A stretch of 63,059 nucleotides of DNA, filler included, from Dugesia japonica (taxonomy: Eukaryota): assembly GCA_001938525.1 (NCBI GenBank). It is 5 parts of 5 records of this genome, joined end to end, with 100 filler letters (N's around TTAATTAATTAA, not from the genome) between each part and the next. Parts side by side here need not be neighbours in the genome. Positions count along the whole stretch, not along the records: positions 1 to 13,973 come from MQRL01573051.1; positions 14,074 to 24,339 come from MQRL01577286.1; 3 more parts are not named here. One strand, 5' to 3'. A program made the position numbers and the translations under genes. Below the pieces are notes generated by a model. It saw only the letters and a list, made by a program, of their open reading frames with translations. It ran no database searches and was not told where the DNA came from. Shown here piece after piece: positions 1 to 14,680 of this stretch. Each line of letters starts with the position of its first letter. The first letter of the stretch is position 1.

Positions 1-1257
1 AAGCTACATCATCCAGTAAGTGATATTTTGCATTTCAAAGTTTCCCAACGTTTATCGCTAAGATGCAATACATAAAGAGTTGATAGGGCATGCGTACCTA
101 CTTTTTACAATGTGGGTTTTGCAACCTTATATTCATATAAGTAAAGCGTTCATGTCTCTTAGAGATTAATATTTTGGAAAATGTTAGAATTTAGAAATCT
201 TGCTATGGGTAGGAAGCTCGTTCTCCCAACCATCCCCTTGAGAATCTGCCCTTGAGTTTATGACACGATTTTAATATTTCTGAGAAATAAAAAATTTTTC
301 AAAATAGTTATATAATGGAATTAAAGTAAGAAAAAGATATTTTTACTACTTGAATAAATGAATTTTTTGGATATTTTTTTATTAAGGAAAAAGGTACTTT
401 TATCACTGGTCAATAATTGAGAAATTTCTACGAGAATATTGTAGAATTTAGAAAATATTATAATTACAATTATTGTGAGAATAATTGTTGGACTTAACNN
501 NNNNNNNNNNNNNNNNNNNNNNNNNNNNNNNNNNNNNNNNNNNNNNNNNNNNNNNNNNNNNNNNNNNNNNNNNNNNNNNNNNNNNNNNNNNNNNNNNNNN
601 NNNNNNNNNNNNNNNNNNNNNNNNNNNNNNNNAGAAAATGTTTTAATGGAATCATTGAAACGCAAAAATCGGCCTTTTTGACAAATAAATTTCTGTTTTG
701 TTTTTGTTTCCTTCACATGCACTTTTGTCAAAAGAAGAAACATCACTAGTAAGAAGATAAACTTCAAACGAAAGATCCACGCAAATATTAAACAAATAAA
801 TTGTCAAATTCATGGTTTTAGATCTTTTTTTATTTTGGTCTCAATACTTACATTTATATTTACAAAAGATTTTTTAAAAATAGTGATGAAATTTAGGAAA
901 TTAAATACATCTTTCAGAAATATCGGGAAAAATACGATGTAATTGTTTGAAATTAAATTTTACTAGAAAAAATTTATATTTTTTATAAATTGTTCTTAGA
1001 CGTTAATTTTCATTAATTATTTAATTAAACTCTGTTTTTAACTCTCAATAAATGAATTAAATCTGCAATAATGCAAGTTTCTAATATTTTCATATTTTCA
1101 ATAAATGATATTTTACAGGGCTATGCATAAACATAAAATATTTTATTAAAAAATATTACTGGAAATCAAATTATAAAAATAATAAGGATAAACAAAATGT
1201 TAAATAATATTATGTATTTTTAAACTTTATTAATAAAGTGCATTATAAGATCTAGAC

Positions 1258-1801
1258 CAGTGTTTCTCAACCGGTGGTCCGTAGAAAACTTTTAGTGGTC
1301 CGCTAAAAATTTTTATTATTAAACTTTTTCCAACAAACAAAAAGGTTTAACTAAAGAAGTTGTTGCATTTAATTATTATTATTATGTTTAACAGAATTAT
1401 TATGTTTGCCAGAACCTTCCGTACATGTTGCAGAAACAAATTTTATTAACGAAAAAATGCTTATTAAATTGTAAATTTCAATGCTAAATGCTTCTTAGAA
1501 TTGACAAATTCTAAAGTATTTCTTCTCCTTGGCAGGAGGTTCTTTTCCCGCATCCCTTTCCAATGATTCACGTAAAATTCATTTTCGCAAACAAACGTAT
1601 TTGTAGCTAAAATTTAGAACAACACCATTAAGCATAACCATTATGAGTAGTCCACGTTAGAAAGTTTTGCATTTTACTGATCAGCAGTTTGTTTTTGGTT
1701 GAGAAACACTGCCATAAAGCACTGTTTCTCACTCGGTGGTTCGCGTTAGAAATTCTTTGCAATTTACTGGTCCGCGGCGCTTTCGTGGCTGAGAAAAACT
1801 G
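1258..1801. mobile_element. Non-autonomous hAT (Charlie/Buster-type) MITE, tandem dimer
   Basis: Starts CAGTGTTTCTCAACC (1258) and ends GCTGAGAAAAACTG (1801). Identical 8-bp TSD ATCTAGAC at 1250-1257 and 1802-1809 (TCTAGA core typical of Buster/Charlie targets). Internal end GTTGAGAAACACTG at 1711 and internal start CACTGTTTCTC at 1720. Confidence 0.85.
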
Positions 1802-2089
1802 ATCTAGACCAAAAATCGATACATCAATTTTTTAAAAGAAATTTCAATATATTGTAATATACCATTTTTCAGTCAATTTGGATATTTTTCCAATGAATTT
1901 AGAAAATTTCCCGATGAATTGGGACAAAATATAATTTTAAAGAAAACGATATTTTAAATATAAATGCAAAATATAATGAAGTATAAAAATAAAACATAAA
2001 AAGTTTTTATTTCTACGAGAACATTGTAGAATTTAGAAAATTTCCTAGAAAATGTTTTAATCGAATCATTTAAAAATTTTATTGATGAA

Positions 2090-3050
2090 TATAAGGCAGT
2101 CCTGCTGCACAATTAAAAATGTTGCATTGTACATAACCAAAATATCCTGTACAATTTCTGGCTGTTATATTTACTATTTCTTGACGTATTAATATAGACA
2201 AATCACCTTCATATTCATTTCTCAATCTACATCTAACCAAACTTATAATTTTCAAAAATGCATTTTCTTTAGGGTTTTGCATGTACAAAGAAAAGGATAA
2301 AAATTTTAATTAAAATCCGAATTCATCTGTTATTCTTTGTAAATCACCTCTCTTATGAACTCGGACATTGTCCAGAAGTAAACATGCGTTTTTAAGTTGG
2401 CAAAATCGCGCAAATAAGCACACAATTCATTCAAATATTCTGAAAATTGCATCATTGACCGTGGACTGAGATATTATTTTAGAAAACCCCACTCCGTTGA
2501 TTGTAATGCTTGAAATCAATGAAACAAATTTTCCTGTAATTGCTGGAACAGATACGATAACTCGAGTTCCAATTTGAAATCTATACATTGATCTTTTAAT
2601 GTGTACGTTAAAAGATGACTCATCAATAAACACTGCATTTTCAAAGTTTCTATTAAAATAATTATTATACCAAATAGAGTACATTTTTCGTTCAGATATC
2701 TTATCAGGTTGATTGACTCTATAAATCTTCCTGTGTGATAATTTCATAGTGATTTCATATTGACATTTCCATAAGACCACTAATATTTATAATGCGACCA
2801 CAGTGAAATTTCACGTGAGAACCACTGTTCTAGCAGAACTGTAGTTTTTCTCTAGAAATTGTTATGCTTCTTTGATGATGAATCCCTTTTCATTAACAAA
2901 TNTTATTAGATTTGCTCGCTGTTCGTTTGAAACCTTCTTGTACCTTTGTGTTTCTTGATTTGAATTAAGCTTTTCGTCGCTCATATGGCTTTTAGACTTG
3001 AAATAGTAAATCAATAGTCTTAAAATTTAAATTTTAAATAGTAGCAACCT
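2090..3050 (-). pseudogene. Tc1/IS630-like DDE transposase remnant
   Basis: ORF 2427-2780 contains AVFIDESSFN (first D). Downstream frames give CLLLDNVRVH (second D) and MQNPKENAF (LNPIE-like E motif, ORF 2079-2288). Interrupted by stops and frameshifts. Confidence 0.8.
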
Positions 3051-3939
3051 ACATAATGTCATTCTTAAATTGGAAATAATTATATATTATAAATAAATAA
3101 ATCATTATAAATCTTTTCTACTATCACGATGTCTTTTCCTTCTGATAGCTACGATTACTCCATAATTATATTGACAATATTCATTATCACATCTTTAACT
3201 CTCTTTAAATATCTCTTAAAATNCAAGTGGCTCTCTTGGATGCCACAGTAATCATGGAACAACCCTGTAACACATTGTTCACATCTCCGTTCATTTGTCA
3301 ATCAAGATTTTGATAGTACATCTCTTGAGTTTACTGGTGTTGACTTTCCGATACTCATCCTGCACTTCTTTGACTAAGTATAGGTTTGCATTGCTCTAGG
3401 TTTTCTTTCAAACCAAATTTATTTTATCTTTAAACTTTCTTTTTTTCGACAATATCTCTGTTCAGGCTTTCTTTCAAGCCAAATCTGTTTTCCTGCTTAG
3501 CTTTGTTTTATGCTTATCTTTCTATTATATCAGACTCTTTCAAGTCCAATGTATTTCCAACATCTTATTATTTTAGTTCGAAACTAATTCCGCTAGAACT
3601 TTCTTTAAGATAAGCTTATTCCCGCCGAGTTTTGTTTTAGTCTGTTTCTTTTTTTCTCTTAGATTTTCTTTTAAGCCAAATTAACTCTTTAATTCCTTTT
3701 ATCCTTGATTATTTCCTTTTATTTTGCATAATATTTATCATGTTCACCAAAATTATCATTTTTCTCTATATCATTGTTTCTCCTATTTATTTATTTCCAC
3801 AATTATCATCATATTTATATGTCTATGGTAATTCTGTCATCTCCATCATTCGTTTAATTTGCTACATTCTAGAAATTAACAAAGATCATTGATTGATTGT
3901 GATTATTCAGAATAATGAGGATGTATTTATGGCGGTTAA

Positions 3940-5575
3940 ATAGGACTAAAAGGTCCAATCAACATAAAACCGTATCGTCAACCAATGAATCTAGATGAAA
4001 AGATTGAAGAGGCCGCCAAGAATCTATATGATAATGGTATCATCCGGATTTGTAATTCACAATCGAATACGCCATTAATCAGTGTTTTGAAAAAGGAAAA
4101 AAGGATATACGATTATGCTTAGACTTTAGACAGCTCAATGCAATAACAGAAAGATAAGCTTTTCCTATGCCAATTGTAAACGAAATGCTAGATGCTTTGG
4201 AAGGTACGCAGTAATTTAGTTCAACAGACTTGGGAAATGCATACTACCAAGTGGAACTCAATGAAGATTCTCAAGAAAAGACGGCTTTTTCGACCACACA
4301 AGAACAATTTTGTTTCAATAGAATGTCTTTTGGAATTACAGCAGCACCAAGTACGTTCCAGGAAATGATGAATAAAGTGATCAGGAAAATAAAAGGAGCG
4401 ATGGTTTATCTAGATGATATTCTCATATTTACCGAAACATAGGAACAACACTATGAAATAATCAATAAAGCATTAACAGAAATTAAGAAGGCTGGTCTAA
4501 GAGTTAATCCAGAGAAATTTCAATTCATGCGAAAGCAGATCAAATTTTGGGGACACGTTATCAGTAAAGAAGGTGTCAAAACAGATCCAACTAAAATAGA
4601 AGCAATTAAGAACTTTGGTAAACCAAANNNNNNNNNNNNNNNNNNNNNNNNNNNNNNNNNNNNNAATTACTATCGCAAGTTTATTAAAGATTATTCGAAA
4701 AAAGCTAGATTGCTAGAAAAACTGTGCAGTGGGCCAATTAAAAAGAAAATTCAATGGGCGAATGAATTAGAAGAAGTTTTTAATGGAATAAAAGAAGCAC
4801 TAATGATNTCTCCAATATTATGTTTTCCAGATATAAATAGAGGATTTATTTTGGATACGGATGCGAGTTTTGATACGATTGAAGCAGTGCTATCTCAAAA
4901 GGACAACACTGGGCAAGAAAGAGTAATTGCATATGGGTTACAAGCAATGACGAGTCATGAGAAAGGATATTGTACGACACGAAAGAATTACTCGCAATTT
5001 ACTACTTTTGTATTCATTTCAAACATTACTTTTTTGGAAAGAGNNNNNNNNNNNNNNNNNNNNNNNNNNNNNNNNNNNNNNNNNNNAATACCAAGAAGCC
5101 GATTACATCACAGTTTCAAACCTGGATTAATTATTTGAGCAGTTTAGATATAAAATTGGAATATAGAAAGGGATCGCTTCATACAAATGCGAATATTTTG
5201 TCAAGAAATAAATGCGATACATGTGCAAAATGTCTAATGACACATGAAAATCCCAAAAGTGGAAAATTAAAAACAAGGATGTTAAATGCAGTAGATATTC
5301 AAGAAAAACAAGGCAACCTTGGTAAGAACTATGAAGGAACATGAATACCTGATGATAAAGTAGAAGAAGTTATAATGAGNNNNNNNNNNNNNNNNNNNNN
5401 NNNNNNNNNNNNNNNNNNNNNNNNNNNNNNNNNNNNNNNNNNNNNNNNNNNNNNNNNNNNNNNNNNNNNNNNNNNNNNNNNNNNNNNNNNNNNNNNNNNN
5501 NNNNNNNNNNNNGTGTTGACAACAAAAACGAAGGAAGAAACGAAAAAGACGCAGCCAGCCGAAATGTTTGAACTG
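3940..5575 (+). pseudogene. Ty3/Gypsy LTR retrotransposon pol fragment (RT, RNase H, start of integrase)
   Basis: RLCLDFRQLN, EKTAFST, RMSFGI..APSTFQ, VYLDDILIF (YxDD), FILDTDAS, GYCTTRKELLAI, LEYRKGSLHTNA.LSR. Multiple stops and frameshifts. No LTRs seen. Confidence 0.92.
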
Positions 5576-6800
5576 TCATTTATAAATTATAAATTACATT
5601 ATTTTACCTGAACTGAAATACCTGATATTGATTTTCCTTTTTTATCATTCTTATGGTTATTTCTTATTATACATGGCTAGAGAAACAGAAGTCAGTTCGT
5701 TTTTTCGCTGACCTTCTGCTTCGTTCAACACAATTTATTCGAATTTTTCTAGTTTCTTTATTCCTGATGTTCAAGCAAGATCTCTCTCCGACTGTCGAAC
5801 TAACTTTTGAAATCAATGTTATTTACAGGTAGTCTACAGACAGCCAAAACCAATTCATGTTTAAATCAACTTCTGAATCTTTAACTAATAGTCGTAATAT
5901 GGATGTTTATTGACGGTTCCTCAAAGCAAACAACTCGAATTAGCCATCATCTGACCCCTTGACTCTCATTTGAAATTTTATCCTTTTCTTACCCGCAATT
6001 ATTATGTTATTGCTTTATCACCTGTTGTCCGCTTTTCTATTGCATCAGTGTCATATCCTTTAGATAGTTAATCAGAGGTTGATTTCAGAAACAATGTTGC
6101 ATGCTTTCTTGATTTTCTTTATCATGGTGTTCGTTGTCTCTGTCTCATACCGTCGTTTTAAGTCTCCTTCCCTTTATATCACCCTTAATATCGTTGTTAA
6201 TAATGACTATATCTCGTAGCCTGACTTTCAATAGTTCTGATTTTCTGACTTTCACAAGTTCTGCAACTGAACCTTATCATTTCTCTTCAATTTGAAATTT
6301 ATATTTCAAAATTTATCACTCAGACAAACCAATTAGCATTCGCTTTCTCTTGTTATTGAGTTGGATGGAGCGGAATATCAGTACATCTCTATTATTGCAT
6401 TCGAGGTTCATGATAGTTCTTTCCCATTACCTCCATTTTGCAAGCTTCTCAGCTTAATTACGAGAAAATTGTGATAGATTCTGAACTTGTCTAATGTTCA
6501 TTAATATGCAAGGAAAACTCTTCATCTATTACTCTACCATTTTAATACAATTCGTTTTAATCGTTTGTCATTGTTGTTTTTTGTTGTCTATTATCATATA
6601 CCTCGCACTGTGTGTGCTCATTGTCCAACTGCAAATTTTTATCGTGACTCTTTAATGTGCTCTGTGATATAGTATTAATATCATTTCATCTGTTCGATAT
6701 GTATTTTTCCAGTCATGATTTTATTTCCCTTAATGTAAATTCAAAAGTCCTAATGTTGATTCAGCAATCCTCATTTTAATACTAGGTCAGCTTTTTATAA

Positions 6801-9102
6801 TCATTTTGAAAATGATTGCTCTGCAGAACCCACGGTGGCATGCATCGTCAACAATATTTGTAGACTTGTAATTAAATTCGGATAAATTTCCGACAAGTTG
6901 TTTTTAATAATATATTTTAATAATTCTAAAGCAGTTCTATTTTNNNNNNNNNNNNNNNNNNNNNNNTTAATTTCTTCATATAAATCCATAGCATCTATAT
7001 CTCCTTCTATTGCTAGTTGTAAGTCCTTACAGCAATTTAAAATGTAACTATCATCTTTCAATTTTAATTTATTTAAATCGTATAAAAACACAAAAATATT
7101 GTTGTTTATCATAGCATTCGAATTTTTTTAAAGCAGATACGTGCAGTATCAACAATTTTTAAAAACTAGTTTATTCTGTTACTTTCCTTAGGATCATCAA
7201 TTGGTTCATCTTCCCTTTCATACTAAAATAATTTCCTATTTCGTCTGCGACGTGTTATTTCAAATTCTGAAGATATTTTCAACTCACCTGAACTCTCTTT
7301 AGTTTTCGTTAAACATGGTTCAAAACCAGATTTTCTAAATTCTTCAAAATATACTAAAAGCTCTCTTAGATGAGAAACGGCTATATCTATCTGCATTTTG
7401 ATGACGAAATTGACTTCTGATAATAAATCATACCAAATGGTGAGGCTAATATTAAATTCAAATTTGGTGAGTTTCTACTCAATGGAAATTATTTCACTTT
7501 TAATTGTATTATCAGTTGCTGCATTTGAAATCTCAACTAAAGCAGTTTGATGCAATATTGCTTTACACTTTCTGCACTACATTCCAAACGTGTTTAAGAT
7601 AGAGATTTTGGGGGAAAACGTTTAACGTGTTTTTTCAATATGTCCCAGCGTGATGTCAATGCCGCAAATATATTGTAGATCATTTGCAAGGTGCAAAAAA
7701 ATTAACTGCTATGACTGAACATTTCATTAATTCTTCTAAGAGTAAATTCAACTTATGGCTACAAAGCTTTTGGATTTTCACGTGAAATACATGCCTCCAC
7801 TATTTTATATACTACTTTCATATTGGCTCNGTTGTCTTATCCTTGGCCTCGGCAATCAGATAGCTTTAGATCTATGATATTTAAAATATCCTTTATTGTC
7901 TCAGATAAGCCCTTTTCCGTAGTGTCGTACATTCTAACAAATGCTATAACATATTCCAGAATTTCTACTTCCCTTTCTTTTATATCAACACAGCGTAAGA
8001 CAACTGATAGTTGCTCCTGATGACTTATATCAGGAGTGCAATCAAGTAATATAGAATAATAATTGCAGTGCTTCATCAATTCCATTATTTTGTTTTAAAC
8101 TTTATTTCCCAAAGAATTAATTAATTCATTTTGAATTAAATGAGATAAATAACAGTTTTTCCTTTTTTCTTTCCATTTTGAATGCTAGTACGATTAAGAT
8201 GATCTTTTAAAATCAGTTCTAATAAAACTAAAAAGTTGCCATTGTGCGGTGAATACAGTGTATCACTATTTCCTCGGAAAGTTAAATTATGTTCAGATAA
8301 ATATAAAATTGCTACGATTATACGTTCAAAAACTTTTTTCCAACAAAAGGTTTCAATACCAATTATCCGTTCATGTTCTTGATCTATTGTATTACCAATG
8401 TTCAGTTTATGTTCAGTTTGAAGCCAAGTCAGCATAGATTTTATATGATGCACTGATCGCTCATGCGCTTTAAGTCTTTGACTCAAATGAATGCAATCAT
8501 TAAAACCATTAATGTATAATGATACATCAATTTCGGTATTCATAAACAGTTTACATGGAAAAACCATACTTTGTTCATAGTTTTCTAATATATTAGCCAT
8601 CGTCTTTTTAGAGTTTGGCGGTTTGTACCTTTTCTGTTGTAATATTTTATAGAAAAAGATGTTGGTTTTTTGTATATAGGAAAATCGAAATTATTTATTT
8701 GAACAGGACCACGTCGAATTAAAGCAATTCTGATATGTTTCGATATTTTACTTGGCCATGTACCAGGGTCTTCAAANNNNNNNNNNNNNNNNNNNNNNNN
8801 NNNNNNNNNNNNNNNNNNNNNNNATTCAAAATCATTACAGGGTTTTCTTCTTGTGGATCACTTTCAAAAATAATATTATTACTCGCCTCATTATTATTTT
8901 CTTCAAGTTTGTCACCAGCACCATCAGTATCCGTATCTACAACTTCCATATTGCGACTGTGAGCGAATGCAGTATTAGACACGTTGACGACATATTTTAA
9001 CATACTATTACTTTGTTTTTTCTCCAGTAATTCACGCTTTAATTTGTTAAGTTTTTCACTTCCACTTAAATATTTTCTTCCTCGATCTCGATCTCTTCCC
9101 AT
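6801..9102 (-). pseudogene. hAT transposase remnant (Blackjack/Tip100, ZMYM1-like; DUF4371 and hATC dimerisation domain)
   Basis: GFNDCIHLSQRLKAHERSVHH, LTFRGNSDTLYSPHNGNFL, YSILLDCTPDISHQEQLS, CRGQG, and C-terminal LQILLTMHATVGSAEQSFSK, spread over four ORF fragments. Confidence 0.88.
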
Positions 9103-10019
9103 TTTGCCAACTTAAATGGATACAACATATAAATATAGATAAATCTGCTATTTATACCAAATGACTGAGTATATATTTACCTATTTACCAATAAGAATTA
9201 TAATATCTATTATATTATAAACACAAACANNNNNNNNNNNNNNNNNNNNNNCAAATTTAGCAAGTTCAATTTAAATGCAAAAAAGTTAAATACAGGACAC
9301 CAACCAATACTGTAGAATTCTCATAATGTATTGGCAAAAATACATAGTTGGATTATTCTTTGGTTTTTCCAATATTTTTAAAAACAAAGCCAACTGTAAC
9401 TTTAAATTTTCTTTAAAAAAAGTTTGAATTTCCATCAATAGGGAGCGACTAAATTTGTTCAATTTAAATTAACAAAAATAATAATGTATACATTTTTTTA
9501 GGTTTAAAAAAGCATTTAAAATCTTGTAAAGAAATTGTTTGAATTCAAGGAAATTTTAATGTATTGTGTAAATTTTAAATTTTTTTCTTGTATTTAATAA
9601 TAATATTATATAAATTTTCTAAAGTGCGAGGCCAGGTGCATATATCTCATGAGTATAGAAATCTGAAAGATTATAACATAGCTCACATTCTCCATTAATC
9701 CGGCGATTACTACATTTTACATTAATTTCCTAATTCATAAAGTTTAAGCAGATGATATATGGTCAATTAAATTTTTCGAGTGAAAAGGAAAAAAGCATGT
9801 TTANNNNNNNNNNNNNNNNNNNNNNNNNNNNNNNNNNNNNNNNNNNNNNNNNNTATTGTGTAAATTTTAAATTTTTTTCTTGTATTTAATAATAATATTA
9901 TATAAATTTTCTAAAGTGCGAGGCCAGGTGCATATATCTCATGAGTATAGAAATCTGAAAGATTATAACATAGCTCACATTCTCCATTAATCCGGCGATT
10001 ACTACATTTTACATTAATT

Positions 10020-11056
10020 TNCTAATTCATAAAGTTTAAGCAGATGATATATGGTCAATTAAATTTTTCGAGTGAAAAGGAAAAAAGCATGTTTATAAAT
10101 CGGCACTCTATCTAGGTCAGGTTTCATTATTGTTATATGGATTACAGGAATTGAGATAAAAAACAGAATTTTTATCTTATTATGTCTAAATGAAATACTG
10201 GAAATTTTCCATGTACTACACCTATGATATCATTTTAATAAATTTGCTAAAAATAGTTGAAATTTAAATTGAATAAATAATCACATCAAGTTTCATTTTA
10301 TTTCAGTTATTAAATTCGATAGAAGTGTATAGATAATATTAAATATTGATATTAATAAATAGGCATTTTTGGAAATTATCTAAATTTAATTTTAAGTTAA
10401 TCCAATATTAACAATAACAGATTTCAAAAGAGATCCAATTAGCGAAATTCAATAAGTCTTTCCAAATATTCAAAATTCAAGGATGATTTTTTCATGTGTA
10501 TCAGAGCATTTACAGAAAGGTTGTCGAGTTAGGATTAAAACAAATAGTTCATTTAAAAAGACAGTTCTTAGTTTGGCAGAATGTGTGTATTTAAATGCAG
10601 ATGAGATTTGTACTACGTTCTTCAGACTTGGAAATGATTCCGACTTCAGAACTAAAACAAGGAATCTGTATGATTACTTCTTTAAAATATATATTAGAGA
10701 GAATAACAGTTAGCGAAATAAAATGGAAGAACCTATATTTAAAAGTGATCTTTGGAAAATTAAGGGAAATCTAATGAAAATTTTTTGAAGGACAAATAAT
10801 GCCATTGAAGGTTGGCAAAACTTCTTCAAAAACAATTTTCCCAACGTTCATATTTCTTTCTACAAGTTCGTTGGAGTAATAAAGCAAGAACAAAAAATAT
10901 TTATATTAAAAAAGTCTGTTTACAACATCATATGAAACTTTCAGTAAATAGAAAATAGGCTCAGCTCAAAATACTAATTCTTGAATGTATTCACTCAAGA
11001 GGAAACCTAGATCCAATAGATTTTATAGAAGTTATATCAGATTTGATATGGTTTTA
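10020..11056 (+). pseudogene. MULE/Mutator-like transposase remnant
   Basis: Manual translation gives TITDFK (~10410), IQG*FFHVYQSIYRK (CxFH motif, ~10475), YDYFFKIYI, RTNNAIEGW (~10790) and FYKFVGVIKQEQ. Confidence 0.75.
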
Positions 11057-12329
11057 GAGTTAATATTTAATTTAAATATATTATTAGTGTCTTTTATTCT
11101 TAAGTCTTTTGAATTATTTTGCTATTTATTCTTATTCTCGAACCCTGATTTATTTTGATTTTTTGAAGTATTTGATTATTATGAGTATTAGTTATATTCA
11201 AAACTTCAGAACTCTCCATAAGTTTTTATTTATTATCACAAGTTTTTTGATTAAAGTAAAAAAGATGAANNNNNNNNNNNNNNNNNNNNNNNNNNNNNNN
11301 NNNNNNNNNNNNNNNNNNNNNNNNNNNNNNNNNNNNNNNNNNNNNNNNNNNNNNNNNNNNNNNNNNNNNNNNNNNNNNNNNNNNNNNNNNNNNNNNNNAA
11401 ATATTTTTTTTAATGATAAATTAAAACTTTTTGAGTAAACGGAAATTTGTCTTAAATCTTAAATAAATAAAATTAAATTGGGAAATAAATTAAATTAACT
11501 TAACTTTAAATAAATTAAGTTTCAATTTAAAAAAATTCAAAAATGATGATTGGATAATAAAGTAAGTTTTCAATAAATAAAATTGTTAAACGTGAAGGAA
11601 AATTTGTCTTAAATTTTAAATAAATAAATAAAATGTTTGAAATAAATTACATTAAATTTAAATAAATAAATTACAGTTTTCGATTTCGAAAAATGATCAC
11701 CAATGAAAACACAGGATTTTAATTTGTTTAAATAAACCAAATAGTGTAAAGCATAGTTTTTATTTTAATAAATTTATTGAGTTGAATTCTGAAGTTTTGA
11801 ATGAGTTTTTTGATGAGTTTTCCAAACTCACCTAACAGTATTCAAACAAATAATCTGAGAAATTTAATTTCAATTTTAAATAAAATATTTTAAAAATATC
11901 GATTTTAATTTTACAAAATATTTTAACTTTAATTATTTTTCAATATAATTTCTTTAAATAATTTTATACTTTTATAATTTTGCTTAATATAATATATAGA
12001 AATTATTTAAATTAATTTGCCTTTAAAAAATGTTTTATATTGAACAAAAAATATTTTCAATTAAATTTTTTAAAATTTCCATGTTATAAAATTTTATAAT
12101 TAACAAAAAATATTTTTAATTACATTTCGAAAAATTTCATTAAAAATGATTTTAATACAAATTAAATTATTTAGACGTTTATTATAAAAATTATTCCAAA
12201 AAATTAAATTTTAAAATTAACGCAACAAAATTTATTTTATTGACTTCAAAATTAATTATTAATGCTTAATTTCCAAATATTGAAATTTTAAATTTCCTAA
12301 CTTTATTCTATGAAGTTAATTTTATTTTT

Positions 12330-13973
12330 CATTTAACTATTTTCGTTAAAAACTTCGGTCGAACTATCAAAAAGTTTAACTGTCTCATACTTACAGTGTA
12401 TTAACTCTGTCCAATTTTTATTCTTTTTATCTTTTAATGTTGCATTGATGTAATCTAAGATCGTTCTGAATTGACGTTCTACTATTCCGTTTGTATTATG
12501 ATGACATTGACTTAAAAATCAAATCGTTATATAAATTCAATCCGTCATCTCTTTAAAGGCTTTCGATTCAAAGATCTCCCCACAATTTACATGTATCACT
12601 TTTGTGGCATCAAATCTCAGTATCCATTTATCTATAATCACTTTCTTTATTGATTCCTCATCTTGTTTAACTAGGGCTGTTAAGCATATTTATCTGTTAA
12701 ATTTATCTATTATGGCACATATATATCTTTTTCTTCCTACGATTTCTTGGAATGGTCCACAGATATCAATATAAATACTCTCAAATGATTCATTAGCCTT
12801 TAATTTTAAAGTTTCCTCGTTTATCCTAACTGTTGTTACTTTGTTCATTTGGAACGCTGTACATTCTTTAAATACTTTTGACACAGTTTCTCTAAAATAT
12901 TCCATATCATATTCATTTTTCAAATAATTTATCACTTTTTCCGTGCCTGCGTGCACCAATAAATTATGCATTTCTTTTACCACTTGAATTTTCTTTTCTG
13001 ACAGGATCCATATTTGCCATCCTTTGTTTTTATTATATCTTCTATTAATCGAAACTTTTTACATGTTTCATTTTTATATCATTCTTTATCTGTTCAATTT
13101 CTTCTACGTTACTTTACTATTAATATATTTTCTGAACCTGATAAACCATTAATTATTCTTGTCTTTATTTTCCTTCCTTTGGATTCTCATGATCTGTTAA
13201 GCATTATACACACGTAACACAATTCATTCTCGACAGCATATCTGCATTCGTGTGTTTTGCACCTTGTCTAAATTCCAATACCATATCTAGACTACTGAGA
13301 CAATTCATCCAAGTCTGAAATTACGGAATAATTGAATTGTTTGTCTTTTTCATAAATGCTTTCGCCTTGTAATCTGTTCTCACAAAAAATCTTTTTCCAT
13401 ACAAATAAAGTTTAAAATGGTCACAAAAATAGCCAATAATTCTTTTCTTGTTTTATAATATCCTTTTTCATGAGCTAACATTGCATGTGACCCATATGCA
13501 ATGACTTGTTCTAAACNNNNNNNNNNNNNNNNNNNNNNNNNNNNNNNNNNNNNNNNNNNNNNNNNNNNNNNNNNNNNTACAAACATCTTTTCGATATCTC
13601 GAAAACTCAATATCGGTGCTTTTGTTAATGCCTCTGTAATCTCATTAAAAGCTTCATCACAACTTTCAGACCACACAAGTTTTGTATTATTACTTCCACA
13701 TAGCTCTTCCAAGCTTCTAGCTTTTTTTGAGTAATTATTGACAAACTGTCTATAGTAATTGCCTATTCCCATAAAGCTTCTCAAGTTATTAACACATTTA
13801 GGTGTTCCGAAATGTTTTGTCGGATCAGTTCGAACTCCATTCTTATCTATGACATCTCTTAGAAATTTGACTTCTGCTCATAATAAATGACACTTTTCTG
13901 GATTAATTCTCAATTCAGATTCTTGAATTCTTTTAAAAACTTGGTCTAAAATTTTATAGTGCTGCTCTAAATT
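12330..13973 (-). pseudogene. Ty3/Gypsy pol fragment (end of RT, RNase H, integrase), related to 3940-5575
   Basis: LRSFMGIGNYYRQF, VIAYGSHAM.AHEKGYYKTRKELLAI, integrase H-H Zn region (EMHNLLVHAG) and IYIDICGP...IIDKFNR core. Truncated at the contig linker. Confidence 0.9.
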
Positions 13974-14017
13974 NNNNNNNNNNNNNNNNNNNNNNNNNNN
14001 NNNNNNNNNNNNNNNNN

Positions 14018-14029
14018 TTAATTAATTAA
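14018..14029. other. Artificial contig linker TTAATTAATTAA inside N runs
   Basis: 12-mer with stops in all six frames, flanked by 44 N on each side. The same construct recurs three more times. Confidence 0.95.
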
Positions 14030-14607
14030 NNNNNNNNNNNNNNNNNNNNNNNNNNNNNNNNNNNNNNNNNNNNGAAAAGAAAATATGAACTTTTAGTTAG
14101 AATTATTAATAATTTCGATTAAGAAAATATTCATATATATATATATAATATTAAGATTGCCCGTTCTCTTGCAAAAAAAAACAATACTGGCCAATCTCAT
14201 AAATATCCAGACTGTTCAAACAAACATATATTTTTCCAAAAATCATTAGGCCACCCCGACCTTACAGAAAACCATTATTTCAATCTTATAATGACTATTA
14301 ATTAATTCCCTTTTCAGGCATATACCTTCCCAACGAAGGAAAAAGTTTTTAACACCTATATACTGCCAAAATTAAACTAACCAAATTATTGATTAAAAAA
14401 TCTCTTATTAATCTTCACCTTACCACCACCACCATATTTCCAAATACTTTACCTCTTCAACAAATTATTATCCACCAAAATCCAAAAAATACCCTCAGAC
14501 CTGTACTCTTTCAAAACAATGAGCATGCAATAACTCATCAGGTGATCTAGTGTGCTACCACCCCTTGTAGATCAAACCATCCATGCTATTCCATATGTAC
14601 TTTAGAC

Positions 14608-14680
14608 CAGGGGTCCCCAATATATTTTTGACCACAAATCGGTCAGCGTTCAAAATTTTTGTCATGGGCCACTAAAGTTT
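14608..14680 (+). mobile_element. hAT-type left end (CAGGGGTCCCCAA), partner end not found
   Basis: CAGGGGTCCCCAA preceded by CTTTAGAC, a Buster/Charlie-like target. Confidence 0.4.

Noticed and set aside
5620-6720. Possible gag/protease remnant on the minus strand (also 3050-3860)
   Set aside because: Composition is coding-like but I could not recover a diagnostic motif.
9563-10094. Near-perfect ~240-bp direct repeat, possible LTRs
   Set aside because: The copies directly flank an N gap, typical of an unmerged contig overlap. The same pattern occurs at 48929-49036.
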